DNA of 64,000 nt from Spirochaetales bacterium (GCA_037142615.1 JBAXAI010000001.1:224001-288000), one strand, 5' to 3'; numbered from the stretch's first letter, positions 9,747-19,451 are shown. The notes: a model not told the origin generated them from the sequence alone. Numbers and translations are program-made.

Positions 9747-10733
9747 CTACAGGTCGAATGCGTAGACGAACTTGTGTCGATAGGTCTGGCCTGGCTGCAA
9801 GGCAATGCTGGCCCATTCCGGATGGTTGGGGCTGTCCGGGAACCGTTGCGATTCCAGGCAGAACGCAGCATGTTTGACCAGGGTTCGGCCTAGGCGGCCA
9901 CGGATTCCTGCCAGATAGTTTCCCGAATAGAGTTGGAAGCCGCTTTGGTCGGTCGAAAACCTCAGTGCCCGGGTTGTCCCGGGCAACGAAACCTTGGCCA
10001 CTTCCCGGAGTTCGGGCAGGGGGTTGTTGTGAGGTTCTACCACCAGGCAATGGTCGTAGCCACCCGCGACCTGAGCGATGTCTAATCCGAGCGCCTTGGC
10101 GTTCCGGAAATCGAATGGAGTCCCCGAGACTGGGAGCACCGTGCCTCGGGGTAGGTGTTCCGAGTTGGTCTCAAGAACGTGAGAAGCGCTCGACCAAACT
10201 ACGTGATCCAAGACCTGTGCCTGCGAGGGTCCGCCAAGATTGAAGTAGGTGTGATTCGTGAAGTTGACCGGCGTGGGTTGGTCGGTGGTGGCCTCATACT
10301 CGGTGAGCAGAGCGTTTTCTGCGGACAAAGTCATCCGACAAAGAGCCACAAGGTTTCCAGGATACCCTTGGTCTCCGTCGGCGCTGGTCAGTCGAAACTC
10401 GATCGCTTGGGGTCCAAGTTGGCGCGCCTGCCAAACCCGCTGCGAGAAACCGTCCGGGCCGCCGTGCAGTTGGTTGGGGCCATCGTTGGCCTCAAGCTCG
10501 ACGACTCGGTCGCCGAGAGGAAACCTCGCCCGAGCAATTCGGTTTGCAACACGTCCTACTGTAACGCCAAAGTACGGCAGGTTTGGTGTCCATTCGTCTG
10601 CCTCATCAAAGCCTTCGGTGACTTCCAGCCATCCTGTTTCCGTCTTGAGCTGAATTGAGCGGATCGTCGCCCCCAATGCAGATACCTCAACTCGCAAGGA
10701 GGGCGTTTCCAGCAGGTAGCTCGGAACATTCAT
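9747..10733 (-). CDS. galM: aldose 1-epimerase (mutarotase)
   Basis: GRVANRI, LHGG, NFTNHTYFNL, GYDH, FCLESQ. Confidence 0.93.
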   Translation of the reverse strand: MNVPSYLLETPSLRVEVSALGATIRSIQLKTETGWLEVTEGFDEADEWTPNLPYFGVTVGRVANRIARARFPLGDRVVELEANDGPNQLHGGPDGFSQRVWQARQLGPQAIEFRLTSADGDQGYPGNLVALCRMTLSAENALLTEYEATTDQPTPVNFTNHTYFNLGGPSQAQVLDHVVWSSASHVLETNSEHLPRGTVLPVSGTPFDFRNAKALGLDIAQVAGGYDHCLVVEPHNNPLPELREVAKVSLPGTTRALRFSTDQSGFQLYSGNYLAGIRGRLGRTLVKHAAFCLESQRFPDSPNHPEWASIALQPGQTYRHKFVYAFDL

Positions 10734-12676
10734 TTCTTCGGAACCTTGTCTTCATCGAGCAAGTGCTGGTATTTCTGTTCTACGACCTTGCGTTTCACCG
10801 AGAGTTTTTGCGTCAGTTCATCGCCGATCTTGAAGGGATTCCTGAGAGCAACGAACTTGGAGATATTCTCAAACGGCTTGAATCCGTTTTCCCGATTCAC
10901 CAATCGTTTGATTTCCTTGCTGATTTCCTGAAGAACCCTGTTGTGCTTCATCGACTCGCCACTGGTAGCCGTCAGTTCCTCCCAGCTGATTTTCCATTTC
11001 TCGGCCAGATGCTTCAAACGTTCATGATTGACGGTAATGACCGCCTCGAGAGTCTTCTTGTCTTGTCCAAGAACCACCGCGTGGTCAATGAGTTCAGACT
11101 CCTGCAGTTTTTCTTCGATGGGCTCGGGCTCGATATTCTCGCCACCGATCAGGACGATCGTACTCTTGGCTCTGCCTGTAATGATGTAGTCACCGCTCCA
11201 GGTAAGCGCTCCCAAGTCTCCGGTATTCAACCAGCGGTCTGCCGAAAGCACCTCTCCGGTCGCGTGGGGGTTTTTGTAGTAACCTTCCATCACGTTGGGG
11301 CCTCGCACATGGATCATCCCCTTTTCCGTAAGGGCCGCCCGACTGCCGTCTTCCCTCACGATACGTACTTCCACTTCATCCAAGGGAACTCCGATTGAGG
11401 ACGGGACGTTTCGTTCAATGCGCCGCGTAATGGAACCCGGTGAACTTTCAGTCATCCCATAGGCGTTAACGAGAGTCACCCCTATCGTATTGAAGAAAGT
11501 ATCGACGTGGACCGGAAGCGAACCTCCACCTGAGAACGAGGCTCGCAACCGACCTCCCAGGACTTCACGCATCGGTGCCAGCGCCTTGAGGGCAACCCAG
11601 CTGAAAGGAGACAACATCAACCACCACACGGCATGCAACGGAGTCAGCAGAACGGAAAGCAGGGGATTCTTAACCGTGGGACGCCAGCCACGAAGGGCCA
11701 GACCACTGCGGTACCGGGCCTGCGCAACCCAAACGAAGCCCAAGATGAGTCCTTTCTTGAGGCCGTGTTCCTTAAGGATCTTGTCGCGAATCTTGAGATA
11801 CACCGACTCCCAAACCCGGGGAACCGATGCCATAATGGTCGGCTTTTCGCGGATCAAGTCCTCGCTCAGCGTGCGGACGCTTGAATAGTAAATCATCATC
11901 ATGCAAGCCGAAGTGCAGAACTCGAAACACCGTTCATAGACATGCCATATCGGCAGGATTGACACCGTCACTTCACCGGCATTCCGATCCACATGCAATA
12001 GGGGGCTGATCGCCCGCACGTTGTGCAGGAAGTTAGCATGAGTCAGCATGACGCCCTTGGGATTTCCCGAGGTTCCACTGGTGTAGATGATCGACGCAAT
12101 GTTCGTTGGCTCGCAGGCCTTGCGCAAGTCCCGAATCAGTTCAGGTTTGTCTGCCAGACGAACTCCGCCGCGGGATCTCAGCGAGGAGTACGTCCTCACT
12201 TTGTCCTTCCAGGCAATCGGCAGAGAAGCAAGCGAACTCACTTCGGGATCGTCCATAAGAAAGACCAGCTCAGGCAAACGGTCGTCGGAAGTGAACTCCG
12301 GATAAAGGGACTCGAGGTTGGCCAAGCCCTCCAAGATCAAATATTTCGAATCCGAGTGGTCGAAGATGAACTTCTGTTCCTTCGGGGTAGTGTCGGAACC
12401 CCTTGGAACCGAAGGCGCGCTTAGCGACAGCAACGCTTGATCGGTGACTGCCCAGTCGTAGCGGTTGTCAGCGAACAACGCCACATGATCGCCTGCTTTG
12501 ACTCCGGCTTCATCCAGGCCCGCAGCCAGAAGGTCGACCTCTGCCGCAAACACTTTCCAGGTCCTCGTCTCGAAACCCGTGCCGGCCCGAAACTTATGCG
12601 ACAGCCTGTCGGGATAGAGCTCGGCGTTGCGTTGGGGAATATCGCAAAGTACTCGAAACTGGTAGAAGTCGTTCAA
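10730..12676 (-). CDS. long-chain fatty acid-CoA ligase (AMP-binding)
   Basis: IIYTSGTSGNPKGV, AYGMTE, WLNTGDLG, GENIEP. Confidence 0.9.
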   Translation of the reverse strand: MNDFYQFRVLCDIPQRNAELYPDRLSHKFRAGTGFETRTWKVFAAEVDLLAAGLDEAGVKAGDHVALFADNRYDWAVTDQALLSLSAPSVPRGSDTTPKEQKFIFDHSDSKYLILEGLANLESLYPEFTSDDRLPELVFLMDDPEVSSLASLPIAWKDKVRTYSSLRSRGGVRLADKPELIRDLRKACEPTNIASIIYTSGTSGNPKGVMLTHANFLHNVRAISPLLHVDRNAGEVTVSILPIWHVYERCFEFCTSACMMMIYYSSVRTLSEDLIREKPTIMASVPRVWESVYLKIRDKILKEHGLKKGLILGFVWVAQARYRSGLALRGWRPTVKNPLLSVLLTPLHAVWWLMLSPFSWVALKALAPMREVLGGRLRASFSGGGSLPVHVDTFFNTIGVTLVNAYGMTESSPGSITRRIERNVPSSIGVPLDEVEVRIVREDGSRAALTEKGMIHVRGPNVMEGYYKNPHATGEVLSADRWLNTGDLGALTWSGDYIITGRAKSTIVLIGGENIEPEPIEEKLQESELIDHAVVLGQDKKTLEAVITVNHERLKHLAEKWKISWEELTATSGESMKHNRVLQEISKEIKRLVNRENGFKPFENISKFVALRNPFKIGDELTQKLSVKRKVVEQKYQHLLDEDKVPKK

Positions 12677-12802
12677 TTGGTCGGTGCCTCCGCGCCCGAC
12701 AAGGATACCCCGAGTTACCGGATCTGTCCAATCTTTCGGCCGCTATCCAGTTCTTGACAGAGCGCCCAGTGGCACGCTAAGGTCAATCTGCTTTCCAACA
12801 GT

Positions 12803-12874
<72 letters not shown>

Positions 12875-12880
12875 GATCCT

Positions 12881-12908
12881 AAGACTTCCCGAAAGGGGAG
12901 TCTTTTTT
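12881..12908 (+). terminator. terminator of tRNA-Gly
   Basis: AAGACTTCCC-GAAA-GGGGAGTCTT stem with T tract. Confidence 0.85.
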
Positions 12909-13109
12909 GTGTCTAAGTGTTTACAGCAAAGGGAAGTAGTACCGGATTGATTTGCCCCAACCCCCTCCTTCAACCTCAGGGAAAGTACCCACTCCTCAGC
13001 GCATCGACGAAAGTGTCGACAAAAGTACAACACTGCCATCAACCACATCGAGGACTCCTGTAACCGGGCCAAGACTTCGCGACCTTGGCCGCTGAAGAGT
13101 GTCGGACAC

Positions 13110-13139
13110 TTGACATAAAAGAGTATACACCTGTATACT
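13110..13139 (+). promoter_or_regulatory. near-consensus promoter with overlapping palindromic operator
   Basis: TTGACA-18 nt-TATACT; AGTATACA-CC-TGTATACT at 13122-13139. Confidence 0.75.
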
Positions 13140-13160
13140 TATTGGCGGAGGACGGCACCA

Positions 13161-13400
13161 ATGCGAGTTCCTGACGGGGCATCAAACCTTGAGCTGTTGT
13201 CGGAGCTTCCGGTTCAGTATGCTCCCTCCACAGCCTTTTTTGATCTCTACCAACTCGTTCCCTGGTTGCTGGAGCTCTACCCTGAATGGACGACCGAGGA
13301 TCTCGAGTCGTTCGTCGAAGAAAAGACCCGCAAGAGAGTGGACCCCGAAGACTTGATTACGCTGGCCGCTCTACACCGACGCTACGCGAGAATAAGTTAG
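13161..13400 (+). CDS. hypothetical 79-aa acidic protein
   Basis: GGAGG SD and strong promoter upstream. Confidence 0.7.
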   Translation: MRVPDGASNLELLSELPVQYAPSTAFFDLYQLVPWLLELYPEWTTEDLESFVEEKTRKRVDPEDLITLAALHRRYARIS

Positions 13401-13455
13401 CACTGGTTTCTGGTGGATTTCCGGCACAATTGGTGCAACGGCCGTCGGGCCTCCG

Positions 13456-13632
13456 TCAGCTTTGCTGTTGACCGCCTCGAAACCTTGCAGGAAACTCAAA
13501 GGGTCGATTGGCTCCCTGTTGTTTCCAGCTGAACTTTTGCCGGGTACGAGGGTTTGGTGTCTTTGTACGGTCTTGAGGGGCTAGGAGTGCCGCAAGCTCG
13601 TAGACAGTGACTACTTCGTTGGAGTCGTCCAT
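13456..13632 (-). CDS. putative 58-aa small protein
   Basis: TAGAAT-6 nt-ATG; MDDSNEVVTVYELAALLAPQDRTKTPNPRTRQKFSWKQQGANRPFEFPARFRGGQQQS; absent from the ORF track. Confidence 0.5.
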   Translation of the reverse strand: MDDSNEVVTVYELAALLAPQDRTKTPNPRTRQKFSWKQQGANRPFEFPARFRGGQQQS

Positions 13633-13653
13633 GGGCCCATTCTACCCGCCAGA

Positions 13654-13672
13654 GTTGCACTGACAGTGCAAC
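13654..13672. promoter_or_regulatory. perfect palindrome between divergent genes
   Basis: GTTGCACTG-A-CAGTGCAAC. Confidence 0.55.
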
Positions 13673-13727
13673 ACGCACTTTGGGGCGCATCCTTTTCCTT
13701 TTGAGCCAATTCTGGTACCCTCCAACT

Positions 13728-15227
13728 ATGTCAAAGCCCCGCAAGATCTACGATTTCTCGGAAGAGAAAGTCCAGCAGCAACTCGTTACTGCTCTGCGCA
13801 GGAATCAGGGCTCGGCAACCGTTGCCGACCTCATCAGCCTCTCTGGCCTTCCCAAGTTTCAGGTGGAATCCATGCTTCCTGTTGTGGTGGATGAGTGCCG
13901 GGGACAAATGCAGGTTACGGCCTCGGGAGACATTCTGTACCGCTTTCCCAAGGGGCTAACGAACCAGGCCCGAGGCGCCTCGGCAACGTGGAAACGGATC
14001 CTGAAGCGGTTTCTGACGGTCAGCGCAAAAATCCTCACCTGGCTGTTCAAGGCATGGATCGTTGTCATGTTGTTGGGTTACTTTGCCCTGTTCGTTCTCA
14101 TCCTTCTGGCGGCGGTAGTGATCTCGATTGCTCTTTCCTTTGCAAAGAGGGGGGAAGACCGTGATGATTCCGGCGGGGGCATCTTGGGATTCTACCTCGT
14201 GACCCGCGTTTTTGAGTTCTTCCTGCTGCTCTGGCTCTATTCGGGCGATACCCAGATCCGCGACCAGAAAAAAAAGAAACCCTTCTTCAAGGCGGTCTTC
14301 GAGTTTGTGTTTGGTGTCGAGGAGAAGCCCGAGGTAAGGGAGCGGGCCCAACGAAAAGCCGTGATCGCCTGGTTGCAGGAACACAAGGGCTCGATAACGT
14401 TGGAAGAACTCATGGTCCTGACGGGAGCGCCGCGTCAAGAAGCCGACAGGCTGGTGAGCCGACTCCTCCTCGAACTGGAAGGTCAACCGCTGGTTTCCGA
14501 CGAAGGAACCTTGTACTTCTTCTTCCCCGAGGTTCTCCGCACTACCAAAGACTCGTCGCTGACTTCGTCCCACTTGGCCGAAGCGGAGCTGATCCCCTTC
14601 ACCCGCAACCCTTCCAAGACCAACCAGTGGATCGGGTTTCTCAATGGCTTCAATCTGGTCCTCTCGGCCTATTTTCTGGGATTCGGTTCCCTAGGTTTCG
14701 AAGCGATTCAAGGTTCGGGGGATGCCTTGGCGTTTGTGTACCAGCTTACCGTGGTTTTGTTGGTGAACTTCACTTCTCTCGGGCTGGCCTCTGCTGAAGC
14801 GCTGATCGCTGTCGTGCTCGGCATCGTACCTGCTGCCTACTCGGCATTCTTCTTTGGCATTCCGCTGGTTCGACGCTGGAGGGAGAAGCAGAGGAACGAA
14901 CTACGCAAGACCGAGAACTTCCGCAGAAAAGTACTTGTGCGCGTCTTTGGCAATCCCCTCGAGATCCGACTCGAGGGGATTGAGCCCGACTCGGAGCGCA
15001 ACGCGCCCGGCAAGCCCGGGCCCGAACGCGAGGCCCTGAAAGAGCGGATGCTTCGGGATGTGGCAGATTCCCGGTTACTCGAGGTTCAGTCTACTGCACC
15101 ATTGGTCTATCAGGTTCCCGACTTTCTGCGTGAAAAGAACGACATGGTCAAAGTAAGGGCCGCCACCGATACCAAGGCCTATAGGCCAAGCGAAGTGATC
15201 TTCGACACCGAAAAACGCTTGGAGTAA
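13728..15227 (+). CDS. membrane protein with two repeated HTH-like modules
   Basis: ATVADLISLSGL...GQMQVTASGDILYRFP and SITLEELMVLTGA...GQPLVSDEGTLYFFFP, each followed by TM segments. Confidence 0.8.
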   Translation: MSKPRKIYDFSEEKVQQQLVTALRRNQGSATVADLISLSGLPKFQVESMLPVVVDECRGQMQVTASGDILYRFPKGLTNQARGASATWKRILKRFLTVSAKILTWLFKAWIVVMLLGYFALFVLILLAAVVISIALSFAKRGEDRDDSGGGILGFYLVTRVFEFFLLLWLYSGDTQIRDQKKKKPFFKAVFEFVFGVEEKPEVRERAQRKAVIAWLQEHKGSITLEELMVLTGAPRQEADRLVSRLLLELEGQPLVSDEGTLYFFFPEVLRTTKDSSLTSSHLAEAELIPFTRNPSKTNQWIGFLNGFNLVLSAYFLGFGSLGFEAIQGSGDALAFVYQLTVVLLVNFTSLGLASAEALIAVVLGIVPAAYSAFFFGIPLVRRWREKQRNELRKTENFRRKVLVRVFGNPLEIRLEGIEPDSERNAPGKPGPEREALKERMLRDVADSRLLEVQSTAPLVYQVPDFLREKNDMVKVRAATDTKAYRPSEVIFDTEKRLE

Positions 15228-15230
15228 ACG

Positions 15231-16721
15231 CTAGACTGCGAGAAACTGCCAAGACTGTCGGATCTTGGTCAGCAAGGCCTCACGTTTGATGGGCTTCCAG
15301 AGTCCATTCTTGCGCTCGAACCCGAGCGGGCCTTCCAGCAGTTCGTCGAGACCGCCATTGAGCACTTGGGAAACCCGAAGGTAGCTCTGAAGCCCCTCCA
15401 TTTTGGCATGGCGTTCGTCAAGGAGTCCGCTCGAAAGGAAGCAGTCCATCAAGAGTTTGGCCGCAAGGAAACGTCGCCGCTTCTCGACCCCGTAGATCAG
15501 GGGGCGATCAATGAGCCCGATCACTTCCCAGGTAACCTGCTCGGCTTGGGAGTAGCGTCCGATGTCCTTGTCCTGGTCGGATACCCGCACCGGAAGGAGT
15601 TCCAGGATCCGGTCCAGATTCGCACACAGGTAGTCGAGGTCGAAAAGGCCTGTGGCACAGTTAAAAAGAATGGGCGTCCCCGCGGTTTCAGCCTCTTGCA
15701 CCCGTTTGACGTCGAGAGCCACGCCGATATCGGCACAGTTTAGGCGTCCGTCCGGCTGCCTGTAGAGCACGCCTCCTTTCACATCCAAAGGCGTTTTGAA
15801 GCAGAAATCGAAGGCGGCAGGCCGCTTCAAGAGTTCAAGAACTGCCAGACCCCGAAGGCTCGGCAGGTAGCCGAGATTGTCGATGTTCCCCAAATATACG
15901 TAGCGGTACCCCTGCGACTTCAGGCCCTCGTAGATCGTGCGCAGAACGCGGAAGTTCTGCCCATGCCCTGCCGGGAGGGCATAGGGAACCCGCTGACCCT
16001 GCTTCTCCACTTCGAACACCCGCCAACTGAGCCCCTCGGGAGCCAGCGCAAACGTGCCCACCAAATCTTGGACCGCGGTGGGCGAGTCCGCCAAGTCGAT
16101 GGGGTATTCACCCAACAGCTCTGACAGAGCTGGACTTTCCTTGAGCCGGGGCCATGCCTCCCGAAGAGGGGCGTCGGTGCTGGCACTGGTCATCTGGAAG
16201 AGTTTCATACCGGGACCTGTGTGCCCCGCTTCGCGGGCTGCCAAATTGAGAAGCGCCAGATGCCGAAGTTTGAGCTCGAGGTACGTTGGACCCGGAGTTC
16301 CATCCTTTTGGAAGAAGCCCGGTGTGATCCCCTTGGGGAGGTGTCCGAAGTTGCGTACTGCCGCATCCAGAGAAGGCTTCCACAACTCAAACAGTTCCGG
16401 CCCGAAAGCCCGGTTCTTCTTGGTGTCAGCGTAACTGGTGGCCATACCCCCGTTCAAGACTCCGAAAGCCGTGCGGGGAACCAGCGAAAGGCCAATTTCT
16501 TCCAGTTCGGCCACTCCCAGTTTCACTGTTGTCTCCGAGCCTGGCAGTTCACGATTCAAGAGCCTTTGTGCCTCGGCGCGGTCAACTGTCAGCGGACTTT
16601 CAGAACGAAAATCCAGAATCAGATCGCCGAGCCCAGGAAACTCGGCTAACTGCACTGGCGGAGAAACCAGCGTGCCGTTGTTCAAGGCCTCGAGAATCTG
16701 GTTGGTGAACTGCCAGTCCAT
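15231..16721 (-). CDS. UDPGP-family (eukaryote-like) UTP-sugar-1-phosphate uridylyltransferase
   Basis: LNGGMATSY, PAGHG, NIDNLG, KGGVL. Confidence 0.8.
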   Translation of the reverse strand: MDWQFTNQILEALNNGTLVSPPVQLAEFPGLGDLILDFRSESPLTVDRAEAQRLLNRELPGSETTVKLGVAELEEIGLSLVPRTAFGVLNGGMATSYADTKKNRAFGPELFELWKPSLDAAVRNFGHLPKGITPGFFQKDGTPGPTYLELKLRHLALLNLAAREAGHTGPGMKLFQMTSASTDAPLREAWPRLKESPALSELLGEYPIDLADSPTAVQDLVGTFALAPEGLSWRVFEVEKQGQRVPYALPAGHGQNFRVLRTIYEGLKSQGYRYVYLGNIDNLGYLPSLRGLAVLELLKRPAAFDFCFKTPLDVKGGVLYRQPDGRLNCADIGVALDVKRVQEAETAGTPILFNCATGLFDLDYLCANLDRILELLPVRVSDQDKDIGRYSQAEQVTWEVIGLIDRPLIYGVEKRRRFLAAKLLMDCFLSSGLLDERHAKMEGLQSYLRVSQVLNGGLDELLEGPLGFERKNGLWKPIKREALLTKIRQSWQFLAV

Positions 16722-16722
16722 G

Positions 16723-17796
16723 CTAGACCATCAGCGACAGCGCGGCGTTGGCCGCCCCGTACAGCGAAATCGAGTAGTCCTTGATCACATACAGGGGAAT
16801 CTCCTGGAGTACTCGGAGCAGGTTAGGGTTGCAGTGTTGCTCAAAGGTCTTGACGAACAGGTTGTCGCGGGTGAAAAACTCGAGGTTCTTGCCCGAGATT
16901 CCCCCTGCAAGGTAGAAGCCACCCTTGGGTATCAGGAAACACGCCACGCTGGCCGAGAACCGGGCGTAGAGCTTTACGAAACCGACCATCACCTGTCGAC
17001 AGCCTTCGTGTTCCGCGGCGAGCTGCGAAATCCGGGCTGGCTTATCCTGATCGGGCAGGCGCAAGATTTCCTGAACTGCCTTGTCGTTCTTGTCGAGGCG
17101 GCCCGCTTCGAGGAGGTAATAAAAATAGTTCTTGATGCCCATTCCCGAGATGGCCATCTCGTATTCGGGGACCAGACCGATCCCGTCCTGGATAAACTTC
17201 TTGAAACCGTGCGAATCCTCGTCAAAGTCGGCCATGTCCATGTGGCCTCCCTCCGAAGGAAAGGCTCTCCACCGGTCACCCATGCGGGCAAGAAAGCCGA
17301 CCCCCAGACCGGTTCCGGCACCCACGACGGCCTTCAAGTCACCCTGCGGTTCGGGGCTTGCTCCCGAGGGCCTCTTCAACACTTCAATCTGGGCCGGGTC
17401 GGCAGGGTTCAGCAGCGGAAGCCCGTAGCTGATCGCCGAAAAGTCATTGATGATCAGCGTCTTGACACCCAAAGTGTCCTCGATTTCGTTGCCGTCAATC
17501 ACCCAGTTCTGGTTCGTCATCTTGCAGAAATTGTCTTTGACCGGGCCGGCGCCCGAAATGCAGCACAGATCGAAGGCCAGATTAGGATGTTTTTCCCGCA
17601 CCACTTCCATGGTCTTTTTGACGCAGGCCGTGAACTGAGTTACCAAGGAACTCTCAAAGATCACCTCAAGAATCAAATCAATTTTGCCGTCGTACTCGGC
17701 GGCCATGCCCAAGTTTGTGTTTGTGCCGCCCACGTCGCCCACCAGCAAGAAGCGGCGGTATTTCTTGTCGACTTCTTTCATCCATTGCACTTTCAT
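16723..17796 (-). CDS. glk: glucokinase
   Basis: GDVGGTN, INDF, GAGTGLG, SEGGH, AGGI. Confidence 0.92.
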   Translation of the reverse strand: MKVQWMKEVDKKYRRFLLVGDVGGTNTNLGMAAEYDGKIDLILEVIFESSLVTQFTACVKKTMEVVREKHPNLAFDLCCISGAGPVKDNFCKMTNQNWVIDGNEIEDTLGVKTLIINDFSAISYGLPLLNPADPAQIEVLKRPSGASPEPQGDLKAVVGAGTGLGVGFLARMGDRWRAFPSEGGHMDMADFDEDSHGFKKFIQDGIGLVPEYEMAISGMGIKNYFYYLLEAGRLDKNDKAVQEILRLPDQDKPARISQLAAEHEGCRQVMVGFVKLYARFSASVACFLIPKGGFYLAGGISGKNLEFFTRDNLFVKTFEQHCNPNLLRVLQEIPLYVIKDYSISLYGAANAALSLMV

Positions 17797-17853
17797 GCGG
17801 CTATCCTCGTCGGTTGGTTTTCTCTAGAATAGGACACGTTGAGGGTTTCGTCC

Positions 17854-18591
17854 ATGAAGAATACCGAGCCGAACTGGCTGTTTCTCGACTTTGACGGCGT
17901 CTTGTGTGATTCCCTCGAAGAGTGTTTGCGCTCCAGTTGGCTTGCGCTTTCGCGTGTTGCTATCGGGCCTGCGACACCCCCCGAGCCGCCCTTTGATGCG
18001 GAATACCGGCGAGCGTTTCTCGGATGTCGCCCCTTTGTTCGTTCGGGCGAGGACTACCTGGTTCTTCACAGCCTGGTCCAGCAAGGGCGGGGTCCTCGAA
18101 GCCAAGCCGAGTTTGACCTAGAACTTGGTCGTCTAGGTCGGCCAGCCTTGGATGGGCTCAAGACTCGGCTCTACCAGGTTCGCGAGGAAATGCTGAACCG
18201 GCACAGGTCCTTGTGGCTTAGTTGGAACCCTCTGTTTGCCGGCATCCGCGAGGTACTTCAGTCCCTCGAGGCTCATCCCAGGGCCTGGATACTTTCAACA
18301 AAGAAGGCCTCTTTTATTCAGGAAATCCTTTCCTATCAAGGAATCGTTTGGCCAATAGAACGGATTCAGTACTCAGGGAGCGAGAGCAAGCTGGGGTTTG
18401 TGGAATCCCTGACGAACGGAGGTCCGTCCCTGCTGGTGGACGACCAGATCGACCATCTGAACTTTCATCACCCAACCTGTCTCTGTGCTCTTGCCCTGTG
18501 GGGTTACGTTGACCCGGCCAGCTCAAGTGGAGCGCCGTCTACAGTTACTTTGGTGGATTTTCCTGACCTCGTCAGCAGTTGGGTAAGTTGA
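17854..18591 (+). CDS. HAD-superfamily hydrolase
   Basis: DFDGVLCDS, ILSTK, LVDDQIDHL. Confidence 0.85.
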   Translation: MKNTEPNWLFLDFDGVLCDSLEECLRSSWLALSRVAIGPATPPEPPFDAEYRRAFLGCRPFVRSGEDYLVLHSLVQQGRGPRSQAEFDLELGRLGRPALDGLKTRLYQVREEMLNRHRSLWLSWNPLFAGIREVLQSLEAHPRAWILSTKKASFIQEILSYQGIVWPIERIQYSGSESKLGFVESLTNGGPSLLVDDQIDHLNFHHPTCLCALALWGYVDPASSSGAPSTVTLVDFPDLVSSWVS

Positions 18592-18597
18592 GTCTGC

Positions 18598-19056
18598 TCA
18601 GGTCTCTTCCGTGTCCGGCTTCGTCAGCAGGTGCATCTCGTCGGCGGTGATGAAGTCTTCTTTGTCTTCCTCTTCGTTCGTCGCGATCCTTTGCAAACCC
18701 CGGATCTCGGCAAGGTCCTGACGATGTGCCTCTTGGCGTTGCCGCAGTTCCGGAAAGAACGAAACCATGAACTCGCAGAAAGCATACTTCTGCGTCAGGA
18801 TCTCTTCGAGCAGGTCTACGAACACGGACTCGACTTTCACCAGATTGTGGAAGTACTCCGAACGCCGTATCAAGTTGGAGTTCTCCTTGAGGGTTGAGAA
18901 GATCTTGCCCAGACCCGAATCTACAAACCTGAGGTCTGCAATAACCTTGTCCAGAAAGTAGTCGGAATCAATGGTAAGCTGAAAGCCTTCTTTGAGGAGT
19001 TTCATCTGAAGGTTGAAGAAGAAGAGGTCGTCCTCGAAGTGGATCTTGTTTTTCAT
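18598..19056 (-). CDS. hypothetical helical protein
   Basis: 152-aa ORF with host-like codon pattern; acidic tail. Confidence 0.75.
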   Translation of the reverse strand: MKNKIHFEDDLFFFNLQMKLLKEGFQLTIDSDYFLDKVIADLRFVDSGLGKIFSTLKENSNLIRRSEYFHNLVKVESVFVDLLEEILTQKYAFCEFMVSFFPELRQRQEAHRQDLAEIRGLQRIATNEEEDKEDFITADEMHLLTKPDTEET

Positions 19057-19105
19057 CTGGTTGGGTCCGAATTGACATTCTAACCAGAACTGTGTTAGTT
19101 TGGCA

Positions 19106-19156
19106 ACGCCTCTTTATCCGGCCCTTGGGGTCCGGATCGTATGTCCGCAAGGAGGA
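19106..19156 (+). promoter_or_regulatory. putative S6:S18 ribosomal protein leader
   Basis: CCTCTT can pair with the AAGGAGG SD; internal hairpin ATCCGG...CCGGAT; CCG just before the SD; promoter TTGACA at 19072. Confidence 0.55.
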
Positions 19157-19159
19157 ATC

Positions 19160-19441
19160 ATGCGCACTTATGAAGTTGTGTTCATTTTTCGTCACGAAAA
19201 TGATCACTTTACCAAAGGTCTCGAACTTGTTCGAAACGAACTGAAGACCTTTGGAGCCAATATCCTGAAAGAAGAGGATATGGGGGAACGGAATCTGGCC
19301 TATCCGATCAAGAAACAGGATCGCGGCCACTATATTCTGTTCAACGTTGAGTTTGCACCCGACAAAGTGGTGGAAATCGACAAGTCTTTTAAGCTTCAGA
19401 CGGAAATTCTGAAGTTTCTGTTCATCGTTCAGGAAGCCTGA
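19160..19441 (+). CDS. rpsF: 30S ribosomal protein S6
   Basis: MRTYEVVFI, GERNLAYPIKK. Confidence 0.96.
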   Translation: MRTYEVVFIFRHENDHFTKGLELVRNELKTFGANILKEEDMGERNLAYPIKKQDRGHYILFNVEFAPDKVVEIDKSFKLQTEILKFLFIVQEA

Positions 19442-19451
19442 GGTCGCGACT

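Noticed and set aside
13654-13672. Palindrome as a CIRCE or NtrC site
   Set aside because: Spacing and arms do not match TTAGCACTC-N9-GAGTGCTAA or TGCAC-N7-GTGCA.
16438-17832. 464-aa plus-strand ORF
   Set aside because: Antisense to glk and the uridylyltransferase; no motifs; typical of GC-rich codon bias.
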